Shown piece by piece: positions 12,148-23,439 of a stretch of 64,000 bases of DNA. Made by a program: the position numbers and the translations under genes. The stretch is from Styela clava (lineage: Eukaryota): positions 11,036,001-11,100,000 of the forward strand of contig NC_135263.1 of assembly GCF_964204865.1 (NCBI RefSeq), given 5' to 3'. The notes below the pieces were generated by a model that was not told where the DNA came from, did not search any database, and saw only the letters and a list, made by a program, of their open reading frames with translations. How positions within the stretch are numbered: position 1 is the stretch's first letter; the number at the start of each line of letters is the position of its first letter.

Positions 12148-13878
12148 TCAGTGACAATTATTACAGTCCTTGTGACAGCTTTTGCCTCCAACTCGGCATC
12201 TACATCCGCCACTTGTGTCGCCTCTTCCATTAGGTCCCCATCTTGGCCCTTTCGTTACCCAGCATATTTCAATTCTGCACATTGGACATCTTAGCCAATC
12301 ACATCCGATTTTCTTCTGTATGATGATATTGCACTGTGGACAATGCATTGCGTCACCATCTTTGACCATTTTATCGAATAATATTTTAGTTTTCTTTGCT
12401 TCTTCATCTGTTGCTGCCTTTCTTGTTAATTCATCTTGATATTCCTTGCAGTTTTTTCCTTCATGAATGGCCTTACAAGTTAGACAGTTAGTCTTTTGAC
12501 AAACATTACAATAAAAATTATTTACTTGGTCTTCATAAAGACACCAGCTCTTGCAATCAGGTGTTTTGCAATGAAAACTATTGGGTGATTCTTTTTCTGC
12601 TTGCATCAGGCCACGATTCAAATATTTTTGAAAATCTTCGTTGTGCAACAGAGCTTTTATTTCTCTGTGAGTGATTACACTGTTGCAATTATAATTATCA
12701 TCCATGTAAGGACAAGTCACAATAGCTTCATCGCTATTTTTGACATGTTCTGCAATGCAATCTTTACAAAAGCGATGAAGGCATTCACGAAGCACTATTG
12801 TATCCTCTGGATTTGTCTCCTCAAAACAAATCAAACACTCTACAGGTTCCATACTTTGAATAATACTTTGTTCTGATACTGAAAGATGACGATTATAATT
12901 TTCCCTTCTTTCTAAAGATCGTTGTTCAGCTGCTGCCTTCTCTTCTTCTTTCTCTTTTTCAATTCTTTCAGCTTCTTTTTTAGATGGCACATAATCATGT
13001 GGAACTTGATAATCAACAGGCCTAGGTTTGGAGCAAATTTCACATCCAGGTCTGGTGGGCTCATTCAGATATGTACACTCAACACATTTCCATCCTGGGC
13101 TATCTGTCTCAGGTTTCGCCGATATCTCCTCAAAACTTGTGGGGATAGGATCAGGAATCATTTGTATGTCTTCGTCCTTCAGCTCCTCTCCCGGCCTTGG
13201 AGAACTACACATAACGCATCCAGGTCTCCAATCTTCATTTAAAAATGTACAAAATTTACAAGTCCATAACTTTGCACCCAAACCACCATTGGGTAGTGGC
13301 GGAAGTACGATATCATTATCTGGCAAATCAAAATTCCCAGTCAAAGATGGGGTGTTTTGAAAATTTGTTGCGACCCTATTTATATCTTGAAACCCGCCAG
13401 GTGGTTGTTGAATTAAAAATGGATCAGTACGCTTTAAATCTTTGGGCTTTGTCGTGAGAGGAAACATCCTTGGCTGAGGATAAAACACATAAACATATAA
13501 TACATCATCATTTTGTTCCACACCACAATCTTTCAAATGCATCCAATCCTTAGCAATGGTTCTTTTATACAAGACATACAAATTGTTAAGAGCATAATTG
13601 GGGTATTTTTCAACAATTTTAAACTTGGCAGTAAGTACTGTCCATTTGGGACAACAGCGAAATTCTGCAGGATCACGAGATCTAGACCGTTCCTCAATGT
13701 GAAGTTCTGCAACAATAAATTGTTCTGCTTGTTTCGTTTTGTTCAAAATATTTCCAATGTAATTGATGACATCATCAACATCTTCTGGATGATCTCTGCA
13801 AAATTTTTTCAGTATTCCCGGATCTTTTACAAACGCAACTTGTGCTTTGTCTACGTATTTATCTGAATCATCACTCAT
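12148..13878 (-). CDS. RBCK1: RBCK1/HOIL-1-like RBR E3 ubiquitin ligase (UBL, two NZF fingers, RING1-IBR-RING2), intronless CDS
   Basis: UBL-like region (...HLKDCGVEQNDDVLYVY), NZFs WTCKFCTFLN and WKCVECTYLN, RING1 CLIC..CLHRFCKDC, catalytic GCDWLRC, HOIL-1-type tail WGPNGRGDTSGGCRC...CHKDCNNCH. Confidence 0.92.
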   Translation of the reverse strand: MSDDSDKYVDKAQVAFVKDPGILKKFCRDHPEDVDDVINYIGNILNKTKQAEQFIVAELHIEERSRSRDPAEFRCCPKWTVLTAKFKIVEKYPNYALNNLYVLYKRTIAKDWMHLKDCGVEQNDDVLYVYVFYPQPRMFPLTTKPKDLKRTDPFLIQQPPGGFQDINRVATNFQNTPSLTGNFDLPDNDIVLPPLPNGGLGAKLWTCKFCTFLNEDWRPGCVMCSSPRPGEELKDEDIQMIPDPIPTSFEEISAKPETDSPGWKCVECTYLNEPTRPGCEICSKPRPVDYQVPHDYVPSKKEAERIEKEKEEEKAAAEQRSLERRENYNRHLSVSEQSIIQSMEPVECLICFEETNPEDTIVLRECLHRFCKDCIAEHVKNSDEAIVTCPYMDDNYNCNSVITHREIKALLHNEDFQKYLNRGLMQAEKESPNSFHCKTPDCKSWCLYEDQVNNFYCNVCQKTNCLTCKAIHEGKNCKEYQDELTRKAATDEEAKKTKILFDKMVKDGDAMHCPQCNIIIQKKIGCDWLRCPMCRIEICWVTKGPRWGPNGRGDTSGGCRCRVGGKSCHKDCNNCH

Positions 13879-14339
13879 GTTTGATTTCTAAATAGTTATA
13901 AAATGAATATGATAATAGATGACTAGGGATGGTAATAATTAAAGTTGATCAATCCTATATTGGTGATCTCATCTGTTTAAGCTGTACTTCTTTTTTTTTA
14001 ATGGCACAAACCCTATATGAATAAATAAATCTGCAACCAATTTATCTTCCATGGTTTTTAGTTCAAAAGAATATCATAAACCCACCTGGTATACACTCGG
14101 AAAATCAAACAATAACTGCTGGAGATAACAAAGTAAGAATGTACCATTACCATAGTTTCAACCATAAATTCAGGCTAGAAATAGCTATTGAATGTTATTT
14201 AATAATAATGAGCATTTAGTCACAAGGATATAAACATTCCAATATTTTTGGAAAGTTAATCGGTCAGTTTTGTCTGATTGATTGTCAAAGCCTTAGTACA
14301 CGAAACAATATTTCAACTACAACAATCTGAAACCTAATG

Positions 14340-14676
14340 ATGTGGCGCATCGTGCTAAGCGTTGGGAATACGCTTGGCACCGCACCTAAGATTACTCTGC
14401 ATGGGGTTCACAGGTTCGAATCCCATGCGGGTATATAGTCTGATAGTTATGTGCGAGAGGATCGGTGAACTCCTTGCGGCCGTAGGGTGGTTCACATAAC
14501 CGCTGGTCGGTTACGGCTTCCTTCACCATCAAGTCCATGCTTCCGAAAACAAATAACTAACTAATCCCATAACCGACATGGAATGGTAACCGGACGAGAT
14601 GCCGTGGTTCGCCATAAGGGTAAAATGTCTTATGGGCTTTCTTATTCCCGGGGATAAATATGTAAATCCTATCCTA
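14340..14676 (+). mobile_element. tRNA-derived SINE (diverged copy)
   Basis: A-box-like TGGCGCATCGTG, B-box GGTTCGAATCC, shared body, ATCCT tail; homologous to 17715-18056. Confidence 0.85.
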
Positions 14677-15675
14677 AATTTTGTATCCACTGTATTGAGT
14701 AACATTTGTCAGGTAGGATAACAATCTGTCTTAGTTTAAAATCTATGTGGCAACTAATCTCCGACATTGGTCTGTTAGAATAGATAGTCAATGAAAGTCA
14801 TGACAGAGAAACAAATTGAACATTATATATATCATGCTGTCATGATATCCCCAATCCTTAATACAGTAATACGTGTGGATAAAAAATTGATCAAGTATTA
14901 CTGGTACACTCAGCAGCTACACACAGCTAGAGATGGGGCGAGATTCAGATCCGGACTCGGGTCGAATTCACACATTTTTTGGACTCGGATTCGATTCCAC
15001 GTCATACTGAGTCCATAATCAATTCTGTTCATATTAATTTATGCCTATGTTTGTACTTTTACCTCTATAAATCTCTGTACATAACCTAACTGGTTAAAAA
15101 CAAAGGTTAGATCTATAACAATATCCCTCGTGTGTATTATAAACACTCCTAATAAAAACGACGACAGATATCCAGATAATATAACGCATGTTGAAAACTA
15201 TTGATCGCTTATAACAACGATGTCGCCGCCAGTCGCCTTCAAACTATTTATATTTTTTGGTATACATGTGAACAATAAAATATGTGTTAGCGCAATATTG
15301 TTGAGTGTAAAAATGAAACATGCTCTGGATCAACCCAAGGGGGAATTTACTATTACCTCTTTTAAATCAAGATTATTATGTACAATCTTGTAAGAATTTC
15401 GTAATAGCTGTCTAGAATTAACGGTAGGTGGCGGGCTTCAAATGCAGAACCAAGGTGCACAGGGACACATGTATACGTTTGTATTATGGCCGCCAAAAAA
15501 AAGAAAAATATATTTCTGAAATGATTCAACAGCTATCTGTGGAATCAATAGGTAAAAAATATGAGCTACGACGTATGTTTGTGAGCGCACGTTGCTATAG
15601 CATGGTCAAAAACTTGTTCTTCTGCTTTTTCATTGTGAGGTCACGGACTCGGAAGATTCGATTCGAGTCCCTGGG

Positions 15676-16391
15676 GGACCCTACTAAAAAGGTAGGTATC
15701 ATAGGTATCACTCCATAAAAAGATAGGTATCAGTAGTAAATGACTAAAAAGGTAGGTATCAGTAGTAGATGACTAAAAAGGTAGGTATCAGTAGTAAATG
15801 ACTAAAAAGGTAGGTATCAGTAGTAGATGACTAAAAAGGTAGGTATCAGTAGTAAATAACTAAAAAGGTAGGTATCAGTAGTAGATGACTAAAAAGGGGG
15901 CTCCCGAAGTATGCGAACCAAGATGGCGGACATCGGAATGTAATATGTGTACTAGGTTAGGGTTAGGCCATAATTTTAGGTATAAATACTACGGGAGGTT
16001 CTTGGCTAGTCTTAGAACTGATAATAGGACTAAAATAAGGAAAATTCGAAAAAAATTATCGCCTAACCCTAACCTGTTACGTTCTGATGTCCGCTTAGTC
16101 ATTTACTACTGATACCTACCTTTTTAGTCATTTACTACTGATACCTACCTTTTTAGTCATTTACTACTGATACCTACCTTTTTAGTCATTTACTACTGAT
16201 ACCTACCTTTTTAGACACTGATACCTACCTTTTTAGTCATCTACTACTGATACCTACCTTTTTAGTCATTTACTACTGATACCTACCTTTTTAGTCATTT
16301 ACTACTGATACCTACCTTTTTAGTCATTTACTACTGATACCTACCTTTTTAGTGAGTGATACCTGTGATACCTACCTTTTTAGTAGGGCCC
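15676..16391. mobile_element. Foldback Mutator-like element with inverted 29-bp tandem arrays
   Basis: Perfect 9-bp TSD GTCCCTGGG (15667-15675 and 16392-16400); arrays of ACTAAAAAGGTAGGTATCAGTAGTA(A/G)ATG on the left and their reverse complement on the right. Confidence 0.85.
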
Positions 16392-16397
16392 GTCCCT

Positions 16398-16823
16398 GGG
16401 TCTGATATAGTTTAGTACCACATGCACTTCTAGTTGGCCTGGCTCAAAAATCTTTGCATATGTCATTCCTAACTCCCTCCCCTGACTACGGCACCAAAAA
16501 ATTACGTCAATGCGACGTCATGGTGGCCTAATAAGATCCTCCGAAGTATACGGATGGTCATCCAAAACGCGCAGGCGATTGAGCAAGCTATTTCTCTCGT
16601 TTTTTTGTCGCAACGATCCCGATATGAGAGAAACCGTCAGCCTTAGTTATCGACGGTGCAGATGCTATTTTGGGCGATCGTAGCTATACGGCAAGCTGAT
16701 TCTGACGTCGTAGTGACATAATTTTTGGATGGCATTGTCAGGTGAGGGTTAGGAATAACATGTGCCAAATTCGTTATGCTTCGCCAACTGGAGGTTCTTG
16801 TGGTACCAAACTATACTAGACCC
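16398..16823. mobile_element. MITE with ~40-bp imperfect TIRs
   Basis: GGGTCTGATATAGTTTTAGTACCACA... versus ...TGTGGTACCAAACTATACTAGACCC; approximate GAGTCC(C)T duplication at 15665 and 16824. Confidence 0.65.
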
Positions 16824-17714
16824 GAGTCCTCACCCTATTACTCTGATTCGTCGAATCTCTGTAATACCGGACTCGCCCCATCCCCAATACAGTAATAACA
16901 GCATAACACTGTCACTGTGGTTGTGATTATCTTCATTGTTTATTTACATTTCTCTAATTCACAGCCGGTAAGCAATGTCCCATTGCTTGTTACTGTACTG
17001 CCGTATGAATTTAGCCTGCAAGTTCGTGCTATGTCCATCGGGCAATGATTCTAACTGTATTTTGCTCTTCTCATGAACGATGTTACAGGTACCCACCCTC
17101 ATGTTGCTCAGGTGCGGCACCCAAAACCTAGTTCCGTATTTTGCCCAAGAATCTGTACGGTACGGTACAGGTATGTCTGTATGTAGCTTCAGCTTTCTGT
17201 AAGTTTCCACCAGCTTCTCTTTTTTTTTAAATTCCAATGCCAAACGAAATCCAAAACATTAATACAAAAATTCCACCAGCTTCTCTTTCTTTCTGCTTTG
17301 TCCGAACGTCAGTATATGACGTTGTCGGGAAATATTAGGTACTTCCCCTAGGATTTATCACCGGATCTACCCAGAGTCCAGCTCCAGACCAACAAAACAA
17401 TATTATTATTGGAATAAACAATAAGGAAGCTTTTCGACTGAGCTGTATTTTCTGTTTTACAACAGTCAAGTGGCAGTATTAAATAGCTTCATCGCCAGCA
17501 ATCACATTCTTAATTACAAACCATGTGTGATAATAAATACCGGTAGCCTGCGTCTCAAACACTGGAAAAAAAGTGTCATTGCAGATGAACCCACGACAAT
17601 TGCACCTGTATCCTATTGCACATATAATTTTTTTTACGGATATTTGAACCCATATTAACCCTAACCCAGTGGTTCTCAAACTTTTTGGTAATGTGACGCC
17701 CTCTCAATAAATAC

Positions 17715-18056
17715 GCGGCGGTGTGGCTCAACGGGCTAAGCGTTAGGAATACGCTCGCCACCGCACCTCTAATTACTCTGCGTGGGTTCGCAGGTTCGAA
17801 TCCCATGCAGGGATGGTTATGTGCGAGAGGATTGCTGGACTCCTCGCCGTCGTTGGGTGGTTCACGTAACCGCTGGTCGGTTACGGCTTCCTCTACCACC
17901 AAGTCCATGCTTCCGAAAACAAACAATACAGTAAAACTAATCCCATACCCGACTTGGAATGGTAACCGGACGAGAGGCCGTGGTTCGCCATATGGATAAG
18001 CCGTCTTATCGGCTTTCCTCTCCCCCGGGATAAATATGTAAATCCTATCCTATCCT
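17715..18056 (+). mobile_element. tRNA-derived SINE, near-intact
   Basis: A box TGGCTCAACGGG, B box GGTTCGAATCC, (ATCCT)n tail, approximate AAATA(C/T)GC duplication; lies just inside a hAT-type left end (CAGTGGTTCTCAAAC at 17668). Confidence 0.9.
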
Positions 18057-18319
18057 AAATATGCTCAAGCTGCGACATCCCGTGAAATACGTCTTGATAC
18101 CTTCCAATAAAAGGCCTCTCTCTATTGCAGTGATTTTTATTTGAGTTATGCACGAAGAGAACTGCCGTGGTGTCAATATTGAATATCCGTTGCTCAACAA
18201 CGCTCGATATGACTATGTTCATAAATGGAAATGAAGGATATGAATGTCTCAAGCTCATCTAATGTGTGTGGTGTCATAATTGGAATATTGAATGACCCGT
18301 GGCATTAGCGAGTTCATAT

Positions 18320-19770
18320 ATAAATTCAATTCATTCGTTTATTACTCCAGACCGCTGTGGTCCATATAAAAACAACATAACACATAAACATAAGCAAAAC
18401 AAAAATAACACAATAAATAAATAAAATACCTGATATGACAATCAGATTCACAGTAAGTCTCAAAAAAGAGTTATACTATAGCAATTTAAGAGACCAAAAG
18501 TGAGGTATAGAATCTAAGATAGTCCGTGACAAACAGTATCTGGGAATCAAATAATGATTGTAATAGAATGTTATTGGAGTTCCTGCATCTCGTCATGAAC
18601 AACCACAGATTTTTTCTATGGAGTGCTTCGAAAGGGGGAACGTTCCCAGATACCATTTTGTGACGGACACTCTCAGATCTAGAGACACAGTGAATTACGC
18701 GATAAGCATTATTATATAAAATTTTAACTTTTTCATAATTATAATTATTGAAAAACAACCAGAGCTGGCAGTTATAAATGCTACAACAATACGCCCTAAA
18801 TAAAAGATTTTTCACAGTAGTGGAACAATTGACAAATTTTTTCATAATTGTATGGGATATAAAATAAATTGATTTATACTGACGTTTCAAGTCAAGGTCA
18901 TCTCTAAGATCACTGGATAGGAAAACACCGAGATATTTAGTGGACGAAACATAAGTCAATACAGAATTACAAAGTTTGATATCAGGCAAATTATTCAGCC
19001 TAAACTTTTTATTCTGGATACACATACAAACAGATTTTTTCGAGTTGTACGAGATGTCATGTTCAATAGAGTATTTGTCGCATATGTTAAGTAAACGTTG
19101 AAGACCTTTGGCTGGAGGTGAAATGCAACACATGTCATCAGCATAAAAAATATGATTGATTATATTGTTATTTGCTACACATCCAATGGTCTCTTGATTC
19201 AACTTAACAGAAAGGTCATCCATGAAAACAGCATATAAATATGAACTTAAGAGAGAAAGGATCTGACACACTGCTACCCCATCTAACAAACATGGATTGA
19301 TTACGATACATGTGTACAATCAGCGATAAAATTATTTTGGGGATTCTTCTGTTGATTTATTTACGAAATAGAGTCCAGTGATTAACTTTATCAAAAGCTT
19401 TAGTGGCATCCAAAAAAGCTATGAAAACTAGTGATGATTTTTTGGAATAATAAGTAGCTAGCTGCTTTATTGTAAAAATGCACATGTCAGTCCCGTGACC
19501 AGACTTGAAACCAAACTGGTTGTGAGATGTAGTTAAGTAAGACCCAATGTTATTTAAAATGTGTTTTTCAAAAATCTTAGATAAGACAGAGGTCACTGCA
19601 ATAGGCCTGTAGTTACTTGCACTACAAATGTCACCATTTTTGTTCCTAATTATAGGCTGAATAGAACTTGAAAGGGAGAATGCTGAAATATAACTATGAT
19701 TCATACATGTGTTAATATACAAACATAAAAGAACTGATAGAATTGGATGAGAATATGCCACCGATCCTAA
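18320..19770 (-). mobile_element. 5'-truncated, disrupted non-LTR retrotransposon (LINE) reverse transcriptase
   Basis: ORFs 19357-19761 (NYRPIA..SKIFEK..QFGFK..FLDATKAFDKV) and 18486-19319 (FYADD, KYLGV); frame break and degenerate GVRQG region. Confidence 0.85.
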
Positions 19771-20773
19771 TAAACAGTATAATTGATCAAAGCTTTCTAC
19801 ATCTTTTCACGACCCACTGAGATTGAGTTGATCGTTACAATAATTAATATATTGGCATCGCTGGTTCTCAATTGTGATTCAAACAAGTATTTAGACTTTT
19901 TCTACATATCTACTATATCTACGGTTTAATGTTGAGCTTGTTGCACGGCATCCAATTAGAAATTGAATTATAAATTGGATAAATAATTTTTTTTCATTAC
20001 TAGCTTAACATAATTATGTACTTTAGACTTTTAGATGTCCAATGAAGATTTGGAATTACTAAAAAGACCAAGGTCATCAGCAAATGAATAAATAAATAAT
20101 CCAGCTTCGATTGCGAGAAATTTGGAACGACGAGTGTTAACTTCGACATATTGGAGTCTGCCCTGGACCATGATCTTTAATTAATGAGGCCGTGTTCACA
20201 ACCCCCGAATTCCATAGTGAATAAGTTTGCGAATGAGTATGCTATGACTAACGGCATTGAAGGCGCTTCTAGAATACATCATAAATATATTCCGGGGGGT
20301 GAATGATGGCTTGGCTTGTTTAGGGATTTGTCTGGAAATCAAAACTGAAATTTAAAAAATAAATTAAATTATTATTATCGCATTTTTTGATTAAGCTTAA
20401 TAGGTTTTTGTTGTAACCGATAAAATAGATCTAGAAAGTAATGCCAATGTACAATTCGATTAATTAAAATGGAAATCACAGTCGAAAAAAGTAGTATGTA
20501 AGATATCTTTTATTTTTGTTAATTTGAGCAATAATCGCATGGATCAAATTTCAATATTCATATCTTTAATCTTCGATACATCGTGTTAACCTTCGATACT
20601 TCTTAGTGTACTTTAAATTATTTTATATTCGTATTAATTTCGTTCAATACTCTCACACAAATATCACTAGGTAAATTTATCTCAGCGATGAATAGCGTAT
20701 TCATGAACATTAATTGCTTAGAGTGTTAAATATTTACTAAATCCACTCACTCATGTAGTATATATATAATACG

Positions 20774-21308
20774 TAGGCTTACCATACGTCCCGGTTTAGC
20801 CGGGAGCCCGGGACAGTCCCGGTTTTAGCATGTTTTTCTGTCGTCCCGGCGATAGTCTCAAATGTCCCGGTTTTGCAGTATGGCAGTCATGAATAATTTT
20901 TCTATTTGATACTATTACATTTTTTTTTGTTAACGGAGGCAGCCGATTTACCACTGATTTGCGTCTCACTTCACTAGTTCAGATAGAGCGAAAAATTGTT
21001 ATGTCATAGTTATGATATGAAGTACGAACCATGCGTTAATTTAACACCTCACTGTACTGTCGTTGAATCATCAAAATGCTGGAAACAAAGTGCAAGTTTT
21101 CTAATGAGTTGAACAATTTCCATTATTTGAAGCAAAGGCCAATAGAGGATATTTTATAGAATTTACAGCTAATTTTGATGCCCGTAATCTACCCACAATG
21201 ATATGGAAAACGGTATAACTATTACTAAGCCCCATGGAATCGATACAAGGTTGGGTTGTCCAATCCGCGCCGTCCCGTTTTTTTTGCTTCAGAAATATGG
21301 TAAGCCTA
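20774..21308. mobile_element. hAT-like MITE
   Basis: TIR TAGGCTTACCATA / TATGGTAAGCCTA; GTCCCGG subterminal repeats; imperfect 8-bp flank ending ATACG. Confidence 0.7.
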
Positions 21309-21553
21309 TATATACGTATTTTTCGAGGACCAATTCACGAATGAGTAGCCCCTCGGAATCATGCTACCTTGTTACCGCGAAAATAAGACCCCCCCCCCCC
21401 CCCCCCCCTGTTCTTTAGTCAATCTTCCGAATGGGTGAGATAGAATAGAAAAAGCCCCTTAGTGTATAGAGTATATATAAATATATGGCGTAAATATTCT
21501 TTGACACATTACTGTTGGTTGCAATTAACTCATGTCCACATATTTTTCTAAAT

Positions 21554-21984
21554 CAGTGGTTTTGAACCTTTTATGGCTCATCCAAAGGATTTTAGCACCT
21601 ATTACCCCCTGTTGTTGTTCACCGTCCCAATAAAAAAAACTCTATGTACTCAAGTATATTGTGTATTTACAACTGTTCATGATAAATAATAAATGAAAAC
21701 ACACCAAAAGCCAAGAGTCAAAAGTTTTTAATAATATACAATCAATTACTAAGGTTAGAATTCGCAAAGCACACAGGTTTTTATATTCTTATCATGATTG
21801 GTAGATAAAAATCCTATTATGAGCACAACAAAGAGAAGACGCCCTGTAATTCAAAGTAAAGTAACCTTTTCATGTAATGAAACAACGGAGAACAAAAATT
21901 TTTGTTTTGAATGGCAAAGTATGCAAACGGAACCGCCCCCAAACTGTTTAGTGCTCTACCTTCGGAGGCGGTTTGGAACCACTG
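21554..21984. mobile_element. hAT (Charlie-like) MITE followed by (TA)n
   Basis: CAGTGGTT...AACCACTG ends. Confidence 0.55.
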
Positions 21985-22107
21985 CTATATATATATATAT
22001 ATATATATATATTAATAGTTAAATGGATGATTTGGATATATATATGAACAGTCTGTTACTTACTCGTATTACCTCCGACAGAGCTGACAATGATTTTGAT
22101 TACATGA

Positions 22108-23439
22108 TCAATTATTATATTGTAATTTCGCCGAGTTCACTCGGTAAGATCGCAATCTCTTATGTTCCGAATTTTCTGTGAAGGAATTATTCTTCTCTTG
22201 GGTTTTAATATCTCCATATCTTGGAATGAGAATGTACCTCCAATTTTCAAAAGACACAACTACAGTTATAACATTGATAAATAAATCAACGTCATATATT
22301 ATCCTGTGTATACATTGTGGAGCATCTGCAGGAAGCACCCCGGCGACCACAGCCATTGTGACCAGGTCTGTGACCACTGCTAAAGTAGCTAATCCTAGGG
22401 ATCGCTTGATTAAACGATATACACGAGATCTCCGTCTTAGTTTGGTTGTCTTTTTCATGATTTTTGCTAATTTTTGTGGCAAAGACAGGTCTTTGTCTAT
22501 AGATGACCAATCTGTGCCGGCAGAGGAGTCAGACATGTGACTTTTGGTGCGGCACAACCATCGTCTACTTTTCTCTATGTCCGGTAATTGAGGTACCGCG
22601 TCATTTTCACTCGAAATTTCCTCCATTCCATTACGACTCAACTTTGGTTCAGTCGCACAAGCTGCGGTAACTGTTGGTATGTTTTCATAAAAGTGTTTCT
22701 CTTTGTTCTCATCTTTAACGATTTCTTCTGCAACTCTTTTTGGCTCTGCAATTTTTCTGTTTTGCTGTTTGTTGTAATGTACTCTTAAAGGGTGTATAAA
22801 GAGACCAAGTAATAAGCATTGCCCTGTTAGCATAATGCCTCCATAAATATAATTTCTGAAAGCGTATTGCCTTCTACCGTATTTGAAAACACAGCCTATC
22901 GGTGTAGACTTGTATTCTGAAGGAAACATTGTAACTGGTATCACGGCTATGCCCAAGATACCAATTATACAGATGCTAAATTTGCTGAACCGACCAGCAC
23001 ATTTGCCAAACGTGTCGCCCATTGATGGATGACTATAAAATGTTCTCTGTCTGATCCAAAAGAATAAATTTATGCTCAGTATTGCCACAGCAAACGCACC
23101 CTTACCCATGTCAATTACAACCTCACATGTAGTATCACTAGGGCCATCCAGCATTATTAAAAGAAGAGAAAGGGTACATAAATATCTGATCAATGGAACA
23201 ACAACTGCAACTGCTGCTACTTTTACAATAATCCCACCATTCAGTTTGCTTCTTCGCTTAGTAGAATCGGAGATGGCATATAATAAAACGCGTATTGTTA
23301 TCCATAAGTGCATGAGAATAAGAGCAATGTTGGGTATCAAGCTAACAATCCAAAATTCTTGTGTTGATATTAGTTGATTATTCTCTTTGGCATCCAGTGA
23401 AATGTTGCGTTTAACATGGAAATCTTCTCTTGAACCCAT
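22108..23439 (-). CDS. Orphan seven-transmembrane GPCR-like protein, intronless
   Basis: 443-aa ORF with seven hydrophobic segments, Cys at the top of TM3 and in ECL2 (PIGCV), long hydrophilic third intracellular loop; no DRY or NPxxY. Confidence 0.75.
   Translation of the reverse strand: MGSREDFHVKRNISLDAKENNQLISTQEFWIVSLIPNIALILMHLWITIRVLLYAISDSTKRRSKLNGGIIVKVAAVAVVVPLIRYLCTLSLLLIMLDGPSDTTCEVVIDMGKGAFAVAILSINLFFWIRQRTFYSHPSMGDTFGKCAGRFSKFSICIIGILGIAVIPVTMFPSEYKSTPIGCVFKYGRRQYAFRNYIYGGIMLTGQCLLLGLFIHPLRVHYNKQQNRKIAEPKRVAEEIVKDENKEKHFYENIPTVTAACATEPKLSRNGMEEISSENDAVPQLPDIEKSRRWLCRTKSHMSDSSAGTDWSSIDKDLSLPQKLAKIMKKTTKLRRRSRVYRLIKRSLGLATLAVVTDLVTMAVVAGVLPADAPQCIHRIIYDVDLFINVITVVVSFENWRYILIPRYGDIKTQEKNNSFTENSEHKRLRSYRVNSAKLQYNN

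Larger units (their letters stand above)
14928..16886. mobile_element. Outer hAT-like non-autonomous element hosting nested insertions
   Basis: Inverted ends TAGAGATGGGGCGAG / CTCGCCCCATCCCCA; GACTCG/GATTCG subterminal repeats; TSD not clear. Confidence 0.55.

Noticed and set aside
12182-13866. Plus-strand ORFs overlapping RBCK1 (likewise those over AGPAT5 and the GPCR-like gene)
   Set aside because: Antisense shadows of real CDSs with no recognisable domains
15885-16112. Repeated small ORF ([15 protein letters not shown]..., also 46790-47206) as a peptide gene family
   Set aside because: Translation of the MITE sequence; no coding signature
15682-16385. 29-bp repeat arrays as a CRISPR array
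   Set aside because: Repeats are head-to-tail with no unique spacers, arranged as inverted arms with a TSD, in a eukaryotic context with no cas genes
5054-17338. CTAATATTTCCC 12-mer near the presumed AGPAT5 and RBCK1 promoters
   Set aside because: A 12-mer match is expected by chance in 64 kb of AT-rich DNA, and the TSSs are unmapped
17715-17810. tRNA gene (A and B boxes)
   Set aside because: Continues into a shared ~250-bp body and ATCCT tail in five copies; this is a SINE head, not a tRNA
17576-17999. ORFs shared with 40120-40430 and 28645-28887
   Set aside because: Open frames within GC-richer SINE sequence
19900-20250. Second LINE fragment (FADD-like motif on the minus strand), and a possible RTE relic at 28300-28520
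   Set aside because: Too decayed to delimit or classify without a search
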